A stretch of DNA of 64,000 nucleotides from Spirochaetia bacterium (GTDB lineage: Bacteria; Spirochaetota; Spirochaetia; CADAEX01). Position 1 is the first letter of the stretch, and each line of letters opens with the position of its first letter. Position numbers and translations under genes: made by a program. This document shows, one piece after another, positions 59,347-64,000 of this stretch. Under the pieces are notes generated by a model. That model did no database searches, had not been told where the DNA came from, and saw nothing but the letters and a program-made list of their open reading frames with translations. The stretch covers positions 1-64,000 of the forward strand of contig CAXXHA010000039.1 of the NCBI GenBank assembly GCA_963662265.2. The letters run 5' to 3'.

Positions 59347-60561
59347 TTATTCGCTCCTCTCCGGATAGTATAAATTTTCCTCTGTCATGTTTTCCAGAGT
59401 ATCCTGCACATATTTTCGTGCTTCTTTTTTCGCTCCTTCAAGGTCCTGGTCTGAGTAGTTTCCGCAGTCTTTCTCAGTTGCACCCGGAATTTCACCGTTA
59501 TAGTCTGCAATAAAATAATACATATCCCTGATGACATATAGTATATCTTCAGACTTCAGATCTCCGTGAAATATCACGTAAAATCCAGTCCTGCATCCCA
59601 TAGGTCCGAAATATATTGTCCTGTCTTTCCATTCAGTGCTGTTTCTCAGAAATGTTGCTCCAAGATGTTCTATTGTATGAAGAGCCGGAATTTCCAGAAC
59701 TTTTTCCCTGTTGGGAAGCTTCATTCTCAGGTCGAAAGTTGTTACAGTTTCCTGCCCGAGCCTGTCCTTTCTCGATACAAAAATACCTCTTTTCATTTTC
59801 GTGTGATCAACTGTAAAGCTGTCAATTTTCTTCATTTCTGATTTTTCTCCTCTTTTTGAATTTTTCTCAAGTTTCCCTATAAGTCCTTTCAGCAGGTTTA
59901 TTGAATTTGCAGCAGCGACAGGAAGATATTTGTCAAACGATACTTCATTTTCCTCTGCGAAAATCAGGTCTGATATGGATCTGATAATAAGGAAAGGGGT
60001 ATTGAACCTGTAGCAGACCTGTGCGACTGCTCCCCCCTCCATTTCTCCGGCAATTACATCCGGGAAGTTTTCATTGACACTGTCAATATGTTCTTTTTCT
60101 TTGAGAAAAAGATCTCCGGATACAATGAGTCCCTTATGTATTCTGTAGCTGCAGTCGAAGAGTTTGCAGTCATTGGCAAGGTCAAGAAGCATTTTGTCAC
60201 TTTCAAAATACAGGGGACACCCCGGCACCTGTCCCACTTCATATCCGAATGCTGTAACATCGACATCATGCTGTGAAACTCTTGTTGAAAGGACAATATC
60301 CCCTATGGAAAGGTCTCTTGAAAACCCTCCCGCAGATCCTGTGTTTACAAGGTAATCAGGTTTGAACCTGTCAAGAAGAATTGCTGCCGCAATTGCAACA
60401 TTTACTTTTCCTATTCCGGACTGGAGCAGGATTATATCGATGCTGCCGATCTCCCCTTTAAAGAAAGTGAACCCTCCCGTTTTTACTGTTTTTATATTTT
60501 CAAGCTCATTGTTGAGGCCACTTAATTCCTCTTCCATTGCTACGATAATTCCAACTTTCAT
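59347..60561 (-). CDS. mtnN-luxS: MTA/SAH nucleosidase (MtnN/Pfs, about aa 1-231) in frame with S-ribosylhomocysteine lyase (LuxS, from Met243 at 59835)
   Basis: MtnN motifs: AMEEE, SGIGKVN, NTGSAGG, EMEG.AVAQVC, RSISD. LuxS motifs: SFTVDH, HTIEH, GPMGCRTGFY, IPGA...CGNY. No stop between the two. Confidence 0.88.
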   Translation of the reverse strand: MKVGIIVAMEEELSGLNNELENIKTVKTGGFTFFKGEIGSIDIILLQSGIGKVNVAIAAAILLDRFKPDYLVNTGSAGGFSRDLSIGDIVLSTRVSQHDVDVTAFGYEVGQVPGCPLYFESDKMLLDLANDCKLFDCSYRIHKGLIVSGDLFLKEKEHIDSVNENFPDVIAGEMEGGAVAQVCYRFNTPFLIIRSISDLIFAEENEVSFDKYLPVAAANSINLLKGLIGKLEKNSKRGEKSEMKKIDSFTVDHTKMKRGIFVSRKDRLGQETVTTFDLRMKLPNREKVLEIPALHTIEHLGATFLRNSTEWKDRTIYFGPMGCRTGFYVIFHGDLKSEDILYVIRDMYYFIADYNGEIPGATEKDCGNYSDQDLEGAKKEARKYVQDTLENMTEENLYYPERSE

Positions 60562-60897
60562 AATATATTCCTTCGATCTTTATAATATACAAAGAAATGT
60601 TTATTCATGGTAATAATTTTGTCTTTATTTGCAGAATAAATAATAAAAAAAGCTGCCAGGTATAAGTTTATCTCAGTTTTTACAGGTTTTTAATAACACA
60701 GGGTAATTAGTGTAAATTGTTGCTATATAAAGGTTTACAGATAATTGATTAAATAATGTTTATATAATAGTATCACATTTCCTGCCTTAAGGAAAATCCC
60801 AAAAACAGGATAATATCTTTTACCTGAGATACAGTCTCTCTTCCGGGATGAATTCCCCTGCAGGGAAAAATCAACAACTGATGAGGAAACTACTTTA

Positions 60898-61515
60898 ATG
60901 AATGAAACACTGGTAGCAGTCAAGGACAACACTGCAAATCCTGCTCCCCTGGGGCTTATCGGATTCGGACTCACAACAATTCTTCTTAATATTCACAACG
61001 CGGGATTCTATCCTCTGAACTCAATGATTATGGGTATGGGGATCTTTGTCGGAGGGTTTGCACAGATCATTGCAGGTATTCTAGAGGCAAAGAAAAACAA
61101 CACTTTCGGTACAACTGCGTTTACAGCGTACGGCTTCTTCTGGCTGAGCCTGGTTGCTGTCTGGGTAATGCCTTCTCTTGGTGTTGCAGAAAAAGCATCT
61201 GCATTTTCCATGGGATTCTATCTCCTTCTGTGGGGGCTTTTTACACTTGGAATGTTTTTCGGAACACTCAGGATGACAAGGGTACATCAGATAATTTTCG
61301 GATCTCTTGCTCTTCTTTTCTTTCTTCTCGCTACAGGCGATTTTACAGGTATTCACCTTATTAAAACAATTGCAGGTTTTGAAGGGATCTTATGCGGGTT
61401 ATCCGCTTTTTACGGATGTATTGCGCAGGTGCTGAACGAAGTATATGGAAAAACAGTGCTTCCTATGGACAGCTTTCCCTCTCTGAAAGTGCTGATGGCA
61501 GCTATTTCAGAATAA
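60898..61515 (+). CDS. satP: Acetate/succinate uptake channel (GPR1/FUN34/YaaH, AceTr family)
   Basis: ANPAPLGL.GFG.TT.LLN.HNAG, NTFG.TAF.AYG.FW. Confidence 0.93.
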   Translation: MNETLVAVKDNTANPAPLGLIGFGLTTILLNIHNAGFYPLNSMIMGMGIFVGGFAQIIAGILEAKKNNTFGTTAFTAYGFFWLSLVAVWVMPSLGVAEKASAFSMGFYLLLWGLFTLGMFFGTLRMTRVHQIIFGSLALLFFLLATGDFTGIHLIKTIAGFEGILCGLSAFYGCIAQVLNEVYGKTVLPMDSFPSLKVLMAAISE

Positions 61516-61802
61516 AAAAACACACATCATCTGAGAAGCGGAAATAACAATTAACCAGTTTTGTAAAATGATGATGCGGGTAAATTGTTATTTACGGCAT
61601 TGGCCGGGGAGGTGCAGCATCTGTTTTCCATACTGGCTGCAGTTTCAATATCTGTTTTCAATGGCTTCATAAGTCATGGAAAGCAGATGTATTCTCCCTT
61701 TTTCATGATTCTGCTGTATACCAATCAGTTTTATATAATTTTCAATTTATAACAGGAATTAAATATAATTGTTTATTATAATTATTAATAATTGGAGATT
61801 AA

Positions 61803-62606
61803 ATGCTGAGAAATAAAATTGTATTTGCAGTAATTCTTTTTTCCCTTATAAACCTTTTTCATTTATTTTCAGAACCGCTGAACAGAAAACTCAGGATTGT
61901 TGAGGAAGGGGGATGGCCCCCGTTTACCTTTGAAAAAGAGGGGTCCCCGACAAGGGGGATTGCGGTGGAGCTTGCGGAAGCTGTTTTTTCCAGGCTTGAT
62001 GCTGAGTATGATATGAAACTTCTGCCTCAGAAAAGAATGCTGAAATACCTGGAAGAGGGTAGTGCTGATGTAATAACTGTAATAAGCAGGAATCATGAGC
62101 GGGACCTTGTATATGATTATACAGATCCGGTTTTCAGTCTCAAAGGACTTATTCTTTACTCCTCAGAACGGCCTGAACCAGTTGTCTGGGATAGTTATGA
62201 GGATTTGAAAAAGTACAGAATCGGCATTGTAATCGGATATAATTACGGGGAAAAAATCAATCAGGCAATCAAAGATCCCTCTTTCACATTTGACACTGCT
62301 CTCTCTCAGAAACATAATCTTGATAAGCTGAAAGCAGGCAGGATTGATATCATGCTGATAACAGACTTTTCCTTATCTGAATACAAACATATTTATCCTG
62401 AATATGTTGATACTTTCAGGATAGCGGAAAAGCCCTATATTACATATAATTTTCACCTTGCATTTTCAAAAAAAACTGAAGCCCGCAAACTGATTCCTGA
62501 GGTTGACAGAATTATCAGGGATATCAGGGGGGATGGTACACTTAAGGGAATTTTCAGGAAATATAATTTCATATATAATGAACCTGATTACAATTCAGCG
62601 GAATGA
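61803..62606 (+). CDS. Periplasmic substrate-binding protein, family 3 (orphan)
   Basis: Signal peptide; WPPF, G..D, R......YT.P, IG...GYNYG, L.AGRID. Confidence 0.82.
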   Translation: MLRNKIVFAVILFSLINLFHLFSEPLNRKLRIVEEGGWPPFTFEKEGSPTRGIAVELAEAVFSRLDAEYDMKLLPQKRMLKYLEEGSADVITVISRNHERDLVYDYTDPVFSLKGLILYSSERPEPVVWDSYEDLKKYRIGIVIGYNYGEKINQAIKDPSFTFDTALSQKHNLDKLKAGRIDIMLITDFSLSEYKHIYPEYVDTFRIAEKPYITYNFHLAFSKKTEARKLIPEVDRIIRDIRGDGTLKGIFRKYNFIYNEPDYNSAE

Positions 62607-62674
62607 ACTGATTAAAAACCCCTCTGTTATTATTCTGATATAAATATCAGGTATGACAATATTGCTGTGATTTT

Positions 62675-63160
62675 TCATCTGCCTGAATTTGCTGCTTCAA
62701 AATCCAGAAGTTTTTTCTTTATTTCAAGGCCATGGGCAAAACCTGTCAGTTTTCCGTCTGATCCTACAACTCTGTGGCACGGGACAATGAGAGGCAGGGG
62801 ATTTTTTGAGTTTGCCATCCCGACAGCTCTGCAGCTGTTTCTGTTGCCTGTCTTCTCTGCGATTTCGGAGTAACTTGAAGTCTCCCCGAACCTTATTTCA
62901 GATACAGCGTTCCAGATTTTTTTCTGATAATCAGTACCGTCAGGATTCAGCTTTATTTCAAAAACCGTTCTTTTTCCTCTGAAGAATTCTTTTATCTGCT
63001 TAACTGTATCTTCAAAAAAGTCATCATTTCTTATCCAGCTGCTCCCGATTTCAAATATTCGTTTGCCTTTTCCTGTATTGAGATGAAGGTGCTTAAGCCC
63101 TTTTTCATTACCTGCAAGTATTATTTCGCAGAATTCCGTATCAAATCTTGTAAAATACAT
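62675..63160 (-). CDS. ogt: Methylated-DNA--protein-cysteine methyltransferase
   Basis: GTDYQ..IW, RAVGMAN..NPLPLIVPCHRV. Confidence 0.94.
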   Translation of the reverse strand: MYFTRFDTEFCEIILAGNEKGLKHLHLNTGKGKRIFEIGSSWIRNDDFFEDTVKQIKEFFRGKRTVFEIKLNPDGTDYQKKIWNAVSEIRFGETSSYSEIAEKTGNRNSCRAVGMANSKNPLPLIVPCHRVVGSDGKLTGFAHGLEIKKKLLDFEAANSGR

Positions 63161-63216
63161 TTTTATGTTCCCTTATGAATCATGGTTCTTGAAAAAAAAG
63201 AAAATGCATATTTCTT

Positions 63217-63645
63217 TTATGACTGCATTTTCGGTGCATTGTATTTTATTTTTCTTCCGTCTGCTATGATGACAAATTCATTGTTTTGCTGGGAGTCAAA
63301 AGAATCTATTTTCCATTCAAGATTTTTTACAGCTCCCCCTGACAGCTTTAATTCTGCTTTGATATTGTTGCTGTCTTTCAGGTGAATTTTTCCGGAGATT
63401 TTCTTGTAATCACCGGCATCCACCTGCAGGTTTGTGATATCCACATTGCTGAATGTCATTACTTCTTCTGTCACTGTTATGCCGGGAGGAAGCTGTCCGA
63501 AAGCCTGCATCATTGCAGATACAAAATAGATCTGAAATGAGACACTGAATGCCTGTATTGCTTCTTCCTCTGTCGGCTTTGCATAAACTGAGCACGGGAT
63601 CAGAAACAGGAGAATCAGTATGATATGGATAGCATACTTTTTCAT
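63217..63645 (-). CDS. Hypothetical secreted protein
   Basis: Signal peptide ending VYA-K; SD gagg. Confidence 0.65.
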   Translation of the reverse strand: MKKYAIHIILILLFLIPCSVYAKPTEEEAIQAFSVSFQIYFVSAMMQAFGQLPPGITVTEEVMTFSNVDITNLQVDAGDYKKISGKIHLKDSNNIKAELKLSGGAVKNLEWKIDSFDSQQNNEFVIIADGRKIKYNAPKMQS

Positions 63646-63705
63646 TTTATACCTCGGATATTGATTTTGATAATAATTATAGCTGTAATGGGAGCAAAGT
63701 CAAAA

Positions 63706-63999
63706 TTATTTTATAAATTTGTACCCTGTTCCGTGTACAGTAAGAATATGATCAGGTTCTGCAGGGTTTTTTTCAACTTTCTGTCTGAGTTTTGCAATAT
63801 GCTGATCAAGTGTTCTGGTTGTTCCCGAGTATTCTATTCCCCAGAATTTATCAAGAAGATGATCACGTGACAGTACTTCATTTTCATGATCATGGAAATA
63901 AACAAGAAGGTTTACCTCTTTTTCAGAAAGATCATATTTTTCTCCATCCCTTTCAAGACTGTATTTAACAGTATCGAACCTGCAGTTCCCGAACAGAAT
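63706..63999 (-). CDS. OmpR/PhoB-family response regulator, C-terminal winged helix (gene begins beyond the window; absent from the ORF track)
   Basis: Manual translation: ...LSEKEVNLL...EVLSRDHLLDKFWG...TRTLDQHIAKLRQKVEKNPAEPDHILTVHGTGYKFIK*. Confidence 0.9.
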   Translation of the reverse strand: MLFGNCRFDTVKYSLERDGEKYDLSEKEVNLLVYFHDHENEVLSRDHLLDKFWGIEYSGTTRTLDQHIAKLRQKVEKNPAEPDHILTVHGTGYKFIK

Positions 64000-64000
64000 A

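Noticed and set aside
60843-60895. Fluoride-riboswitch-like words (GGGATGAATTCCC ... CTGATGA ... CTAC) upstream of satP
   Set aside because: The 3' segment (GATGAGGAAAC) cannot form the required pseudoknot with the 5' GAAT, and GAGG is simply the satP Shine-Dalgarno. An Rfam cmscan would settle it.

Overview
AT-rich bacterial chromosomal window with about 55 genes; MCP style and lipoprotein signals suggest a free-living anaerobic spirochaete (inference). No CRISPR, rRNA, tRNA or prophage was seen. Main blocks: (1) 1-8132, sugar ABC transporter plus a tetrose/triose-phosphate-type catabolic operon (EryC-like epimerase, SIS isomerase, DhaK/DhaL, TIM paralogue, FGGY kinase); (2) 8151-15607, an IclR-associated divergent cluster combining an amino-acid symporter, an aminotransferase, two pyruvate-type aldolases and an FGGY kinase; (3) a sigma54-type amtB-glnK operon; (4) a mixed stress, repair and signalling region (GyrI-like lipoprotein with AraC, U32 hydroxylase, DUF3179, MsrAB, NUDIX enzymes, MCP, adenylate cyclase, B3/4 protein, TetR-nitroreductase, radical SAM); (5) GntR-LarA-split UxaA/SuyAB-GntP; (6) a citrate fermentation cluster (flavin reductase, CitAB-type two-component system, 2-HCT transporter, malic enzyme, citCDEF, no citX/citG); (7) an IS200 copy with a nonsense tnpA, an apparent MtnN(Pfs)-LuxS fusion, satP and ogt. 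Many single-base indels fall in homopolymers (ABC permease, LysE, amtB, U32, DUF3179, nitroreductase), which points to long-read consensus error, so apparent pseudogenes and the fusion need read-level checking.
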